Shown: piece after piece, positions 1 to 9,635 of the stretch | Layout of the letters: each line of letters begins with the position of its first letter | How positions within the stretch are numbered: position 1 is the stretch's first letter | Position numbers and translations under genes: made by a program | Source of the DNA: a virus | Lineage: Duplodnaviria > Heunggongvirae > Uroviricota > Caudoviricetes | IMG/VR virus record: IMGVR_UViG_3300038345_000251 | Coordinates: 128,001 to 192,000 of that record | DNA: 64,000 nt | Reading direction: 5' to 3' (one strand) | Notes under the pieces: model-generated | Told to the model about the DNA's origin: nothing | Seen by the model: only the letters and a program-made list of their open reading frames with translations | The model's database searches: none

Positions 1-44
1 AAAATACTGAAAAATAATAATTTAAAAAAACAAATAGAAAAGTT

Positions 45-2858
45 ATGATAAGTGATACAAGAGGTGGCCACGTTTCACCTGGCGTTTATACAGAAGAAAA
101 AGATGTTACTTATTCAGCTAAAAGTCTTGGTATTACAAGTCTCGGTCTTGTTGGTGAAACTTTAAAGGGTCCAGCTTTTCAGAATATTCCAATTAAAGAT
201 TGGACAGAGTTTACCGAATACTTTGGTGGTACTTCTCCTGAAAAATATGTAGGTACTGGTCTCCCTAAATATGAGTTGCCTTACATTGCTAAAGAATATC
301 TTAATGATTCAAATAATCTTAATGTTGTTCGTGTACTTGGTATTTCAGGTTATGATACAAGTAAAGCATTTGGTGTACAAGTAAACGTTGACAGTACAAA
401 AATTCCTTTGGTAATCCTTCGTTCAAAAGGTGATTATAAAGGTGATGCTGGTTCAAGTGAATGTGAAACAGGTAAAGAGAAATTCAGACCTTATGTTAAA
501 TCAGTAAAAGTATCAGAGTATAAGGGTAATGAATATTCATCTGAATGTACTTTAACTGGAACACAATATAAAGTTCCACTTACAGGTAAAGTTGTTGTTG
601 ATGAATATGGAAATCATTTTGCTGTTGCTACATCAGCAGAAACAGGTGATGTTGATAGAGAAATTGGTAAATTTACTCTTACTGTTACAATGATTGATGA
701 ACCTAATCCATATGGAAAGAGTTCAGCATATACCTACAATGTTTCAATTCATCCTGAAGATAGAGAATATATTTATAAAGTATTTAGTACTGACCCTCTT
801 CTTGGTTCAGCACCAGTGTTTATTGAATCAGTTTTTGATTTTGCATATGATTTCTTACTTCAGAAAACCGATTCAGGTAAAACTGTAACATTTAGTGCAA
901 TATCTAATCAGAGTGGTGAAGGTATCATAGAAAGCGGAACATCTGCAACAACAGAAAGTGATGGAACAGTTGTTTTGAATCCTAAATATGAAAATTATTG
1001 CGATTTTAAAGAATCATACCGTTGTGCTATAACACCTTGGGTTGTTTCAGAAGTTAAAGGTGCAACAGAATCTTCAATTAATGTTAAAAAGTTGTTTAGA
1101 TTCTATACAATTTCCGATGGTAATGCATCTAACTACCAAGTAAAAATCTCAATTCAGAAAATCCGTCCAGAAGAAGGATTATTTGATGTTTGGGTACGTG
1201 ACTTCTATGATACAGATGTTAATCCTATGGTTCTTGAAAAATTCACAAATGTTACATTAAGAGAAGGACAGTCTAACTATCTTGGTCTTAAGATGGGTAC
1301 ATTTGATGGTGAATATGAAATCAAATCAAAATATGTAACTGTAGAAATTTCTAAAGAAGAAGGTGTTGAATCGTCAGTACCTTGTGGTTTCATTGGCTAT
1401 CCTGTTCCAACTTATGGAATTGGTAAACTTGAATTGGCATACAATACATTATTTGATGTAACAGTTAAACCTAAGAGACAGTACTTCGGTCTTAACAGTT
1501 CAGTTCTTGACGAAGATGTTCTTAACTATAAGGGTAAATGGAATTATGTATTTGAACCTGCTGAAACACCTGAAAGACTTACAAATGGTTTCCACCTTGA
1601 TGCAATTCTTTCAATGCCAGGAAATGATGCTGTTTCAGGAAATACATTGAAGAATGCTAAAATCTATGTTGACGATATTCAGTTTAGTGCTGGTTCATTC
1701 ACAACAGTAGATAGTGTTCAGGTTAAAGGTAAACAGTATAATCTTCCTAGAATAGTTACTGAAGATTATATGAAGAACACAATTTATCAAGATGTAAATC
1801 TTCGTAAATTCACTTTATATCCTTATGGTGGTTTTGATGGTTGGGATATTTACAGAGAAAAGAGAACAAATACGAATGATTATAAAGCAACACAATATCC
1901 AATCGTTCCTGGTGGACCATTTACTGTTGTAAATCCTGATAATATTGCAACACTTGACCCAACACTTGACCTTGGTTTACCTGCAACTGCAATTACATCT
2001 GACTACTACGCATATCTTGCTGGTTACTGTCAGTTTGCAAATCCTGAAGATATTGACATTAACTTGTTTGCAACACCTGGTGTTGACATCAGAAGTAATG
2101 TTCTTCTTATCGAAGATGCACTTGATATTATCGAAGACCCTGAAGATGGTCGTGGTGGTGATGCACTTTATGTTATTAATTCAGCAAGAGACGGTGTGGC
2201 TGATGAAATTGTAGATGACCTTGAAAATTCAGAAATTGATACATCATACGGTGCAACATATTGGCCTTGGGTTAAATACTTTGATAAAACTGCTAACAAG
2301 TATATCATGCTTTCACCTACAAAAGATGTTGTACGTAATATGGCTGAAACTGATAATAAATCAAATCCTTGGTTCGCACCAGCAGGTGTTAATAGAGGTA
2401 GAATGAATGTTACTAAAGCTGAACAGAAAACAAAACTTCTTGATGAAGATGAACTTTACGGTAACAGAATTAACCCTATTAAAACTTTTGCACAAGACGG
2501 TGTTCTTGTTTGGGGTAACAAAACTCTTTATACCAAAGAAACACCACTTAACAGAATTAATGTAAGAAGACTTATGATTCGTGTTAAGAAACTTGTCAAG
2601 ATTGCTGCAAGACAAATGATATTTGACCAAATGGATAGTTCACTTGAACAGCAATTCCGTTCACTTGTTGAACCAATCCTTGCAGATGTTAAATCAAAGA
2701 GAGGTATTATTGACTATAGAATTATGACTGAAAGTACTCCTGAAACGAGAGACCAGCATATTCTTCCTGCAAGAATCCTTATTAAACCTATGCAAGCATT
2801 GGAATATATCAGTATTAGTTTTGTGGTCTACCCAGAGAGTGTAGATTTTATAGAATAA
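45..2858 (+). CDS. Contractile tail sheath protein (T4 gp18-like)
   Basis: N-terminal SPGVYTEEKD and C-terminal WFAPAG.NRG, RINPI, VWGNKTL, LNRINVRRL motifs typical of tail sheath proteins. Confidence 0.95.
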   Translation: MISDTRGGHVSPGVYTEEKDVTYSAKSLGITSLGLVGETLKGPAFQNIPIKDWTEFTEYFGGTSPEKYVGTGLPKYELPYIAKEYLNDSNNLNVVRVLGISGYDTSKAFGVQVNVDSTKIPLVILRSKGDYKGDAGSSECETGKEKFRPYVKSVKVSEYKGNEYSSECTLTGTQYKVPLTGKVVVDEYGNHFAVATSAETGDVDREIGKFTLTVTMIDEPNPYGKSSAYTYNVSIHPEDREYIYKVFSTDPLLGSAPVFIESVFDFAYDFLLQKTDSGKTVTFSAISNQSGEGIIESGTSATTESDGTVVLNPKYENYCDFKESYRCAITPWVVSEVKGATESSINVKKLFRFYTISDGNASNYQVKISIQKIRPEEGLFDVWVRDFYDTDVNPMVLEKFTNVTLREGQSNYLGLKMGTFDGEYEIKSKYVTVEISKEEGVESSVPCGFIGYPVPTYGIGKLELAYNTLFDVTVKPKRQYFGLNSSVLDEDVLNYKGKWNYVFEPAETPERLTNGFHLDAILSMPGNDAVSGNTLKNAKIYVDDIQFSAGSFTTVDSVQVKGKQYNLPRIVTEDYMKNTIYQDVNLRKFTLYPYGGFDGWDIYREKRTNTNDYKATQYPIVPGGPFTVVNPDNIATLDPTLDLGLPATAITSDYYAYLAGYCQFANPEDIDINLFATPGVDIRSNVLLIEDALDIIEDPEDGRGGDALYVINSARDGVADEIVDDLENSEIDTSYGATYWPWVKYFDKTANKYIMLSPTKDVVRNMAETDNKSNPWFAPAGVNRGRMNVTKAEQKTKLLDEDELYGNRINPIKTFAQDGVLVWGNKTLYTKETPLNRINVRRLMIRVKKLVKIAARQMIFDQMDSSLEQQFRSLVEPILADVKSKRGIIDYRIMTESTPETRDQHILPARILIKPMQALEYISISFVVYPESVDFIE

Positions 2859-2877
2859 CACTGAAATTAAACTATTT

Positions 2878-2910
2878 AAAATGTCAGAATTTAAATTCTG
2901 ACATTTTTTT
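2878..2910 (+). terminator. Intrinsic terminator after the sheath gene
   Basis: Perfect inverted repeat AAAATGTCAGAATTT/AAATTCTGACATTTT followed by a T run. Confidence 0.8.
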
Positions 2911-2976
2911 TTATATATTATTTCATTAAACTTGACTTTTTCAGGATTTTTTTATATTTATGTAAAAAACAATATT

Positions 2977-3975
2977 ATGAATGAGAAACAAGTTTTAAAA
3001 AAAGAACGGTTTGTTGAAAAAGCAAAAAAAATCCATAATAATAAATATGATTATAGTAAAGTTGATTATGTTAATTGTAAAATAAAAGTTTGTATTGTAT
3101 GCCCCGAACATGGAGAATTTTGGCAAACACCTGATAACCATTTGCAAGGTAGAGGTTGTCCTGTTTGCAGATATATTTCTTCTGGAAGAAATAATTCATT
3201 AACACAAGAGGAATTTATTAAACGTGCAAAAGAAATACACGGAGATAGATACGATTATTCCAAAGTAAATTACATTAATAATCGTACTAAAGTTTGTATT
3301 ATATGTCCCGAACATGGAGAATTTTGGCAAGAGCCAACAACACATTTAGATAATAAAGCAGGATGCCCAAAGTGTTCTAAAAATTATAGATATACTACAG
3401 AAGAATTTTTATCATCGTTACCTGAATGGATAAAAGAAAGGTATGATTTTTCAAAATTTGTGTATAAAAGAACACACGAAAAATCAACAGTTATCTGTTC
3501 TGAACACGGAGAATTTTTAATGTCACCGCATAATATTAGAAAGGGAATAGGTTGTCCAGGATGTAGTGAAAGTAAAATAGAAAGAGAAATACGTTTGTTT
3601 TTAAAGAAAAATAACATAAGATATTTTTCTGAATATAAACATACTAAAGAGTTCTGTAAACAAGCATTGGACTTTTATTTACCTGATTACAACATAGGAA
3701 TTGAATGTCAAGGAATACAACATTTTGAACCTACTGATTTTGCTGGTAAAGGTATTGAGTGGGCAAAAGATGAATATAAAAATAATATTGAACTTGATAT
3801 TAATAAACAAAATTTATGTAAAAAAAATAATATTAAATTAATATATTTTACAACGGTAGAACATAAGAAGTTAATAACAGAAAATAAAAATACACATTTT
3901 AAAGGCTATAATGTTTTTACTTGTATAGAAGATATTGAAAAAATATTAGAAAGTGTTTCATTTGATGAAAACTAA
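2977..3975 (+). CDS. Putative homing endonuclease: 3 Zn-binding repeats (DUF723-like) plus C-terminal PD-(D/E)XK (Vsr/DUF559-like) nuclease
   Basis: Repeats H..KYDYSKV.Y.....KV.I.CPEHGEFWQ....HL...GCP.C; nuclease core LDFYLPDYNIGIECQGIQH; ATG 2977 preferred over the TTG at 2932. Confidence 0.8.
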   Translation: MNEKQVLKKERFVEKAKKIHNNKYDYSKVDYVNCKIKVCIVCPEHGEFWQTPDNHLQGRGCPVCRYISSGRNNSLTQEEFIKRAKEIHGDRYDYSKVNYINNRTKVCIICPEHGEFWQEPTTHLDNKAGCPKCSKNYRYTTEEFLSSLPEWIKERYDFSKFVYKRTHEKSTVICSEHGEFLMSPHNIRKGIGCPGCSESKIEREIRLFLKKNNIRYFSEYKHTKEFCKQALDFYLPDYNIGIECQGIQHFEPTDFAGKGIEWAKDEYKNNIELDINKQNLCKKNNIKLIYFTTVEHKKLITENKNTHFKGYNVFTCIEDIEKILESVSFDEN

Positions 3976-3995
3976 TTAATAAACAAATATTTATG

Positions 3996-4027
3996 AAAAA
4001 CCTGTGAAGAAATTCACAGGTTTTTTT
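3996..4027 (+). terminator. Intrinsic terminator
   Basis: AAAAACCTGTGAA-GAAA-TTCACAGGTTTTT hairpin with T tail. Confidence 0.85.
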
Positions 4028-4048
4028 GTTTTTATAAAATATAATTTG

Positions 4049-4056
4049 TATTTTTG
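4049..4056 (+). promoter_or_regulatory. Bacteroidota-type -7 promoter box
   Basis: TATTTTTG matches TAnnTTTG, just upstream of ORF 4071. Confidence 0.65.
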
Positions 4057-4070
4057 TAAAGACTAAATTA

Positions 4071-4253
4071 ATGTTATTTATGACAGTAGAAGAACTTATT
4101 AATGAGTTATCAAAATTTCCTTTGGAAATGGAAGTTGTTGATTATGCTTTGGACCCAATATTAAGTGTACATATTAAGACTTGGGTTGATAGTAATTATC
4201 CTTATGATAGACCCGATAAAGATTATGTTTGTTTAGATTGCGATTATGAATAG
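4071..4253 (+). CDS. Small hypothetical phage protein
   Basis: MTVEELINELSKFP.EMEV is a common small-phage-protein opening; start may be ATG 4080; overlaps the next gene. Confidence 0.65.
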   Translation: MLFMTVEELINELSKFPLEMEVVDYALDPILSVHIKTWVDSNYPYDRPDKDYVCLDCDYE

Positions 4254-4551
4254 TTATATTATAGTTTATGATTTAAGGCATAATGAGAAGAATTATATGC
4301 CTTTATATATAACAATAAAAGAGAATTACCCAAAATATTTTCATTTAACAGAGAATAGTTGGGTAATATTTACTGATGATACTGCTAAAGAAATTAGTGC
4401 GAAGATTAAAGATAAGTTTTATTATGAACATCTTCATTGTGATACTTTTTTGGTACATAAGTTAGATGATAGTAAAGATTATGAAGGGTTTACTGCAACA
4501 TCATTTTATGATTTTTTAATTGAAAATAGAAATAAAGAAGTAGAAGAATAA
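4246..4551 (+). CDS. Cas2/VapD-like ferredoxin-fold protein (stand-alone)
   Basis: N-terminal YIIVYDL strand-Asp motif, ENSWVI, about 100 aa. Confidence 0.55.
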   Translation: MNSYIIVYDLRHNEKNYMPLYITIKENYPKYFHLTENSWVIFTDDTAKEISAKIKDKFYYEHLHCDTFLVHKLDDSKDYEGFTATSFYDFLIENRNKEVEE

Positions 4552-4553
4552 AT

Positions 4554-5633
4554 ATGGAAGGTAAAGTTTTAGTTACAGGTTCTAACGGACAATTAGGACA
4601 ATGTTTTAAATATATTTCAAATTATAGTTTTATGTGTGATGCATCAAGATATGTTTTTGTCACAAGAGAAGATTTTGATATAACAAATGATAAAATGATG
4701 AAAAATTATCTTGATAAGTATAATGATATTAAGATAATTATAAATTGTGCTGCATATACAGATGTTAAAGGTGCTGAAAGCGAAGAAGGTTATAAAAAGG
4801 CAATGTTAGCCAATAGAAATGCAGTAAAAAGTCTTGCACGTTTATGTAAAGAAAGAAACATATTTCTTATTCATTTTGGAACTGATTATATGTTTAATAC
4901 AGATGTGTGGCATTTTAACGGTGGTAATGTTTATCATAATGAGTTTTTACCTGTAGATGAAGAGGCAATTCATTGGAGATATAGGAATGAATTTTTTAAT
5001 ATGCATTATGTCAATAGTGGTGAAATAAATAAATATGGACTTTCTAAACTTCTTGGTATACATGAAATTTTTAATGAAATGTTACCAAAACATGAAGATA
5101 AAGTATTAAAACCAAACTTTGTTATAATTGTTGTTTCGTGGTTATATTCACCATATGGAAAAAATTTTGTTAGAACAATTAGAGAACTTTTAAAGAAAGA
5201 TAGAAAACCTGATGAAAAAATAGAGGTTGTTTATACACAAGTTGGTTCACCAACATATGCAATGGATTTGGCACGTTATGTTATTGATGTAATTGAAAAT
5301 GATGATTGTTGTTTTATTAAGAATCCAAATGAATATAATATTGTAGATTATGCTAATTATTTTCATATGATTAATTTTAGCAATCTTGGTGTAGCAAGTT
5401 GGTATGATATTGCAAAAGTAATAGAAAATATTTATTGTTTAACAACAGATAATATTATACCAAGAAAAGAACCTTTGGATAGTGTGTTTAGACCGTCTTA
5501 TAGTGTATTAGATACTAAAAAACTTATTAAATTTAAATCTAATAAAAATTATGTAAGACATTGGTTAGATGCATTAAATGAATGTATTATAGTAATAAGG
5601 AGTAATGAAATAAAAAAAGAGACTGACGAATAA
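4554..5633 (+). CDS. rmlD: dTDP-4-dehydrorhamnose reductase-like SDR
   Basis: VLVTGSNGQLG, INCAAYTDV, TDY, YGLSK (YxxxK), GSPT, RPSYSVLD. Confidence 0.85.
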   Translation: MEGKVLVTGSNGQLGQCFKYISNYSFMCDASRYVFVTREDFDITNDKMMKNYLDKYNDIKIIINCAAYTDVKGAESEEGYKKAMLANRNAVKSLARLCKERNIFLIHFGTDYMFNTDVWHFNGGNVYHNEFLPVDEEAIHWRYRNEFFNMHYVNSGEINKYGLSKLLGIHEIFNEMLPKHEDKVLKPNFVIIVVSWLYSPYGKNFVRTIRELLKKDRKPDEKIEVVYTQVGSPTYAMDLARYVIDVIENDDCCFIKNPNEYNIVDYANYFHMINFSNLGVASWYDIAKVIENIYCLTTDNIIPRKEPLDSVFRPSYSVLDTKKLIKFKSNKNYVRHWLDALNECIIVIRSNEIKKETDE

Positions 5634-5645
5634 TCAGTCTCTTTT
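5615..5645. terminator. Bidirectional terminator between convergent genes
   Basis: AAAAGAGACTGA...TCAGTCTCTTTT flanked by A and T runs. Confidence 0.8.
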
Positions 5646-7311
5646 ATTTTATCCAGATATATTTAATTAATCCACAATCATATATTTTAGTATAACCAAG
5701 TTTTTTTGTCATTTCTTTTTCTGTCATTGTCATTGGTAATCCATATTTTTTATGAAGCCTTTCTTTTCTGAAACCGAATTTATGTTGTCTTATAATACCA
5801 TCACTTGTTTTAAAGTATTTATAATCAGGTAGAGTATATGAATCAAATTTAAATCCTAATTGTAAATATATGTTGTTTTCTTCATCTATAGTCCACCTTC
5901 TATCAGCAAATGATTTAATTTCATCAGGATTATATTTTCTAATAAAATATTTGAACAATTTACCACCAACACCTTGACAAATGTAGTTATAATTACTTGC
6001 AAATCTTGTTAATTCCCATTTCTTTTTATTATGTTCTTGTTTAAAAGTCATTACACCAATTAATTTGTTTTCATAATATGAACCAATGTAAATTGTTGAA
6101 TTAACAAAACCTTGTATGTGATATTTAGTAAGAAATTCTTTAGCAATATCAGATTTTATTTCTTTTATTTCACATTTTCTACCCATAATCTTGGGTAAGT
6201 TTTCACATTTTTTAAGTATATGTTTTATCTTTTCAAAAACAATATCTCTGTTATTGACATATTCATCTTCAAATATTTGAAGGAGTTTAATACCATTTTC
6301 TTTACAAGCATTTAGTTTTTTAAGGTGATAATTTTTATCTGATTTATATTTATCTGAGTGCCATAATAAACCATTATATTCAATTGCTGTGTTTATTTCT
6401 GGAATATATATGTCTAATTCATATGGTTTAATTATACTTCTGTTTGATTGTTCAGTTGATGGATATAATGTTTTACAATATTCATATATTTCGTTTTCTG
6501 CTATTGAAAGGTTTACACCACATTTAGAACAACCGTTACCACATAAGTGATATGATGGTACTTGTTTAAATTCACCGTGAGTGGAACAAATAATTGTAAT
6601 TGGTGTTAAAATATTTTTATATTCAACCTTTGAGTAGTTATATTTATCACCATGTATTTCTTTTGCTTGTTTAATAAAATTTTCTGTTGTTTTTGTTTGT
6701 CTTTCAGATTGTTTTTCTCTAAAACATTTAGGACATTCACATCCTTTAAGATGAACTTCAGGTCTTGTCCAAAATTCTCCGTGTTTAGGACAAATTATAC
6801 AAATTTTAGTTCTATTGTTTTTATATTCAACTTTGGAATAATCGTATTTATTGCCATGAATTTTTATTGATTGTTTAATAAATTCATCTTGTGTTAATGA
6901 AAGTTTTGTTGCCATTTTTTCTTTTCCACATTTAGGACAGCCTCTTTTATTATTAATGTGGTCACATGGCATTTGCCAAAATTCTCCATGTTCACGACAA
7001 ATAATACATACCTTAGTATGGTTATTCAAATATTCAACTTTAGAATAATCGTATTTATTTCCGTGAACTTCTCTTGCTCTTTTAATAAATTCTTCTGTAT
7101 TGTTACTTCTTTTTTCAGAACGGTTTTTACAAGCACATTTAGGACAACCTTGACCCCTATAATGCTGTCTTGCTTCTTGCCAAAATTCTCCATGTTCAGG
7201 ACATATAATACAAACTTTATCAGTTACTTTTTTATACTCAACTTTGGAATAGTCATATTTATTTCCGTGAATTTTCCTTGCTTTTTCTATAAAATTAATT
7301 TTATTAATCAT
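5644..7311 (-). CDS. Putative homing endonuclease: 4 Zn-binding repeats, PD-(D/E)XK nuclease and C-terminal Mom/GNAT-like domain (Hef-like)
   Basis: Four KYDYSKV...CxxHGEF...GCxKC repeats; ELDIYIPEINTAIEYNGLLWH; C-terminal FLTKYHIQG, WELTRF, SFADRRW, YLQLGF, IYDCG. Confidence 0.78.
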   Translation of the reverse strand: MINKINFIEKARKIHGNKYDYSKVEYKKVTDKVCIICPEHGEFWQEARQHYRGQGCPKCACKNRSEKRSNNTEEFIKRAREVHGNKYDYSKVEYLNNHTKVCIICREHGEFWQMPCDHINNKRGCPKCGKEKMATKLSLTQDEFIKQSIKIHGNKYDYSKVEYKNNRTKICIICPKHGEFWTRPEVHLKGCECPKCFREKQSERQTKTTENFIKQAKEIHGDKYNYSKVEYKNILTPITIICSTHGEFKQVPSYHLCGNGCSKCGVNLSIAENEIYEYCKTLYPSTEQSNRSIIKPYELDIYIPEINTAIEYNGLLWHSDKYKSDKNYHLKKLNACKENGIKLLQIFEDEYVNNRDIVFEKIKHILKKCENLPKIMGRKCEIKEIKSDIAKEFLTKYHIQGFVNSTIYIGSYYENKLIGVMTFKQEHNKKKWELTRFASNYNYICQGVGGKLFKYFIRKYNPDEIKSFADRRWTIDEENNIYLQLGFKFDSYTLPDYKYFKTSDGIIRQHKFGFRKERLHKKYGLPMTMTEKEMTKKLGYTKIYDCGLIKYIWIK

Positions 7312-7342
7312 AAAATGAGTTTTTAATATATTTTTATTTACT

Positions 7343-7352
7343 AATAAATAGT
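7343..7352 (-). promoter_or_regulatory. Putative phage late promoter motif (ACTATTTATT)
   Basis: Recurrent motif about 30 nt upstream of the 7311 start; a -7 box (TATATTTG, 7385-7392, minus strand) lies further upstream. Confidence 0.55.
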
Positions 7353-7428
7353 AGTAAAATGGATTTTTACTATTGTTTTCATTACAAATATATGAAATAT
7401 TTTATTAAAAAACAAGAAAAAAATGTAA

Positions 7429-7463
7429 AAAATAAAGGTTACAATGTTTGTAACCTTTATTTT
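7429..7463 (-). terminator. Terminator after the tail tube gene
   Basis: AAAATAAAGGTTACAA-TGT-TTGTAACCTTTATTTT inverted repeat. Confidence 0.75.
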
Positions 7464-7502
7464 ATTTAAATGTTAAAATTTCTATAAATACTTGATAATC
7501 AA

Positions 7503-7991
7503 TTAATAACAGAGTATCGCATAGTCCATCTTGATGGTTGCTGAGATAGTTGCAAGACCATCATCACCATAACTTAAATCCCCAAAGTCAACATTCGTAA
7601 GCCATGCGTTCTTCAAAATCCATTTCTGTACTACTGCACCTGTTGGGTCAAGCATTTCAAGTTCAATATCACGTTTATAACCAGCGGCATAACCTTGTCT
7701 ACCTGTGATTGATTCAGAGGTAAGACGTACCCATTCCATAACAGCCTGTGAAGTTGAAGGACCGATTGGGTCACGGAAAGTAACGTTAATATCATCCCAA
7801 GTGTATCTACCAACTACCCAAGTAGATGTATTAAGGAATTGGATTTCTACAGGATTCTGTTGAATTGAAGGACGTTTTGCAGATTCAAGTGTCCATTCTT
7901 GTATGCCTAAGTCAGCAGGAAAACGGAAAATCCATCTATTCTTTTTAAGCGGCTCATAAGTAAGCGGCATTTTAATCAGTAAATCACTCAT
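7503..7991 (-). CDS. Tail tube protein (T4 gp19-like)
   Basis: EPLKKNRW, GRYTWDDINVTFRD, VMEW, YKRDIELEMLDPTGAVVQKWILKNAW, FGDLSY; 162 aa. Confidence 0.9.
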   Translation of the reverse strand: MSDLLIKMPLTYEPLKKNRWIFRFPADLGIQEWTLESAKRPSIQQNPVEIQFLNTSTWVVGRYTWDDINVTFRDPIGPSTSQAVMEWVRLTSESITGRQGYAAGYKRDIELEMLDPTGAVVQKWILKNAWLTNVDFGDLSYGDDGLATISATIKMDYAILCY

Positions 7992-8037
7992 CTTTAGTCA
8001 ATTATATGTTAATATTATTATTATCTTTTTATTTTTA

Positions 8038-8047
8038 AATAAATAGT
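8038..8047 (-). promoter_or_regulatory. Putative late promoter motif
   Basis: ACTATTTATT on the minus strand upstream of the tube gene. Confidence 0.6.
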
Positions 8048-8072
8048 TACTTATTTGTTTTTTTGTAATAAA

Positions 8073-8426
8073 TTATTGTAAACCGTTTTGTTTATTCATA
8101 ACTTCTCTTTGTTCTTCTTTTTCGTTTACGGCTTTATCACAAAGTTGCCAAATTTTCTTAAGTGATTCGTATTCTGGTGACTGAGGACTATCAGCGAGTT
8201 CTGCCATTGCTTTAAGTGACATTTTTCTAATATTGTCAATAAGTTTACGTGCTTTTTCACTCATATCAGGAACTACTTCTTCTTCAGGTTCTTGAATTTC
8301 AGGTGTATCTTGAACGTCTACATCGTTATGTGATTCTTCATATGGACCGAAGTTAAGTGCTTCATTTAAAGTTTTTGGCATTTTTGAAGACAACTTTGTT
8401 ATTTTTTCTATTGTATTTTTCTTCAT
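8073..8426 (-). CDS. Hypothetical protein, possibly virion/head-associated
   Basis: 117-aa ORF with typical codon usage; late motif at 8459-8468 upstream; TLNE motif. Confidence 0.7.
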   Translation of the reverse strand: MKKNTIEKITKLSSKMPKTLNEALNFGPYEESHNDVDVQDTPEIQEPEEEVVPDMSEKARKLIDNIRKMSLKAMAELADSPQSPEYESLKKIWQLCDKAVNEKEEQREVMNKQNGLQ

Positions 8427-8535
8427 TTCGAAATGTTTTTTTAATCTTATAATTCATTTATAAATAGTTTAATATCTCTATTTTTTCTTTACAAATGTCT
8501 GAAAAATGTTATTTTGATAAAAAACAAGTAAAGTT

Positions 8536-9045
8536 ATGAAGAAAGATGTTACTGAAAAGATTTTTGATTTAATTAAAAATTATACTGAAGATGAAGTAAA
8601 TGAAATAATTGAAAAAGTAAAAGCACTTTATCTTGACAGTATTACTGTACTTGAACCTGAAGAAGTTCATGGACAACAAATCGAGTTTATTAAAACTACT
8701 GAAGAAATTTTTAACTTATGTCCAAAATGTAATTGTATTCCAATAGCAATTGAATATACTGATGGAAACAGTTATATAACAGATACTGATTTTGAAACAG
8801 TTTATGATTATTGTGTAGATTACATTAATGAAGAAATTGGAGAATATGTTATGCCGTTTTTTGATGATGATATGACACTTGGACAGTGGAAAGAACTTAC
8901 AAAAAAGTGGAAATGGTTGAATAGAAATTCTGGAATTAAAGATGGTGCAGATAAAGGTGATTATTGTGAATTCTTTCATTTAAGCGTTTATATGTTTGAT
9001 AAAGCAAGTAAAACAATAAAATTTATTGCTGATATTAATCGTTAA
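8536..9045 (+). CDS. Hypothetical protein
   Basis: 169-aa ORF with A-rich leader. Confidence 0.7.
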   Translation: MKKDVTEKIFDLIKNYTEDEVNEIIEKVKALYLDSITVLEPEEVHGQQIEFIKTTEEIFNLCPKCNCIPIAIEYTDGNSYITDTDFETVYDYCVDYINEEIGEYVMPFFDDDMTLGQWKELTKKWKWLNRNSGIKDGADKGDYCEFFHLSVYMFDKASKTIKFIADINR

Positions 9046-9069
9046 TAATAATTAAATAAATAAAATGTT

Positions 9070-9291
9070 ATGGTAGAATTAAATAAAGGTGATATTATTG
9101 AGTGGACACCAGAGAATGGTTTGTTACGTAATAGATTACTTACATGTACAGTTGTTGAAATTTTGAAGGTATATAATCCTGTTACCCTTCAACCGTTGAA
9201 TAGAGTAATTATTGAATTTGAAGTTGATGGAAATAAAGAACAACTTGCATTACCTGTAGACGCTAAATATAAAGTTATACCACAAGAATAA
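9070..9291 (+). CDS. Small hypothetical protein, possibly an SH3-like beta fold
   Basis: 73 aa; LNKGDII opening, beta-rich pattern; abuts the next gene. Confidence 0.6.
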   Translation: MVELNKGDIIEWTPENGLLRNRLLTCTVVEILKVYNPVTLQPLNRVIIEFEVDGNKEQLALPVDAKYKVIPQE

Positions 9292-9292
9292 A

Positions 9293-9616
9293 ATGGCTTT
9301 TGTTTATTTGTTGTGTGATAGTGGACAAGATAATATGTTTAAGATAGGTGTAACAAAAACTTCTATCGAAAAACGTATTAAACAGTTACAGACAGGTAAT
9401 GGTTCTGAAATTTTCATTGCTGATTATCACACGACAAATTATCCTTTTTATATCGAAAGGATGTTACATCAAAAGTTTTGTTCAAATAAAAAGAAAGGTG
9501 AGTGGTTTGAGTTAGACATAGATAAAGTAAATTCTTTCAAAGAAGAGTGTAATAGACTAGAAAAATTGATTGAAGTAATGAAGGATAATCCTTTCTTTCA
9601 AAAAAATCTAAAATAA
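9293..9616 (+). CDS. GIY-YIG family nuclease (T5orf172/MUG113-like)
   Basis: FVYLL...FKIGVT...KRIKQLQTGN...IERMLH...GEWF. Confidence 0.85.
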   Translation: MAFVYLLCDSGQDNMFKIGVTKTSIEKRIKQLQTGNGSEIFIADYHTTNYPFYIERMLHQKFCSNKKKGEWFELDIDKVNSFKEECNRLEKLIEVMKDNPFFQKNLK

Positions 9617-9635
9617 AATATTTATTTTTAAGAGA

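Noticed and set aside
2977-3975. Group I intron hosting the endonucleases
   Set aside because: Flanking genes are complete and the nucleases have their own promoter motifs and terminators, so they look free-standing
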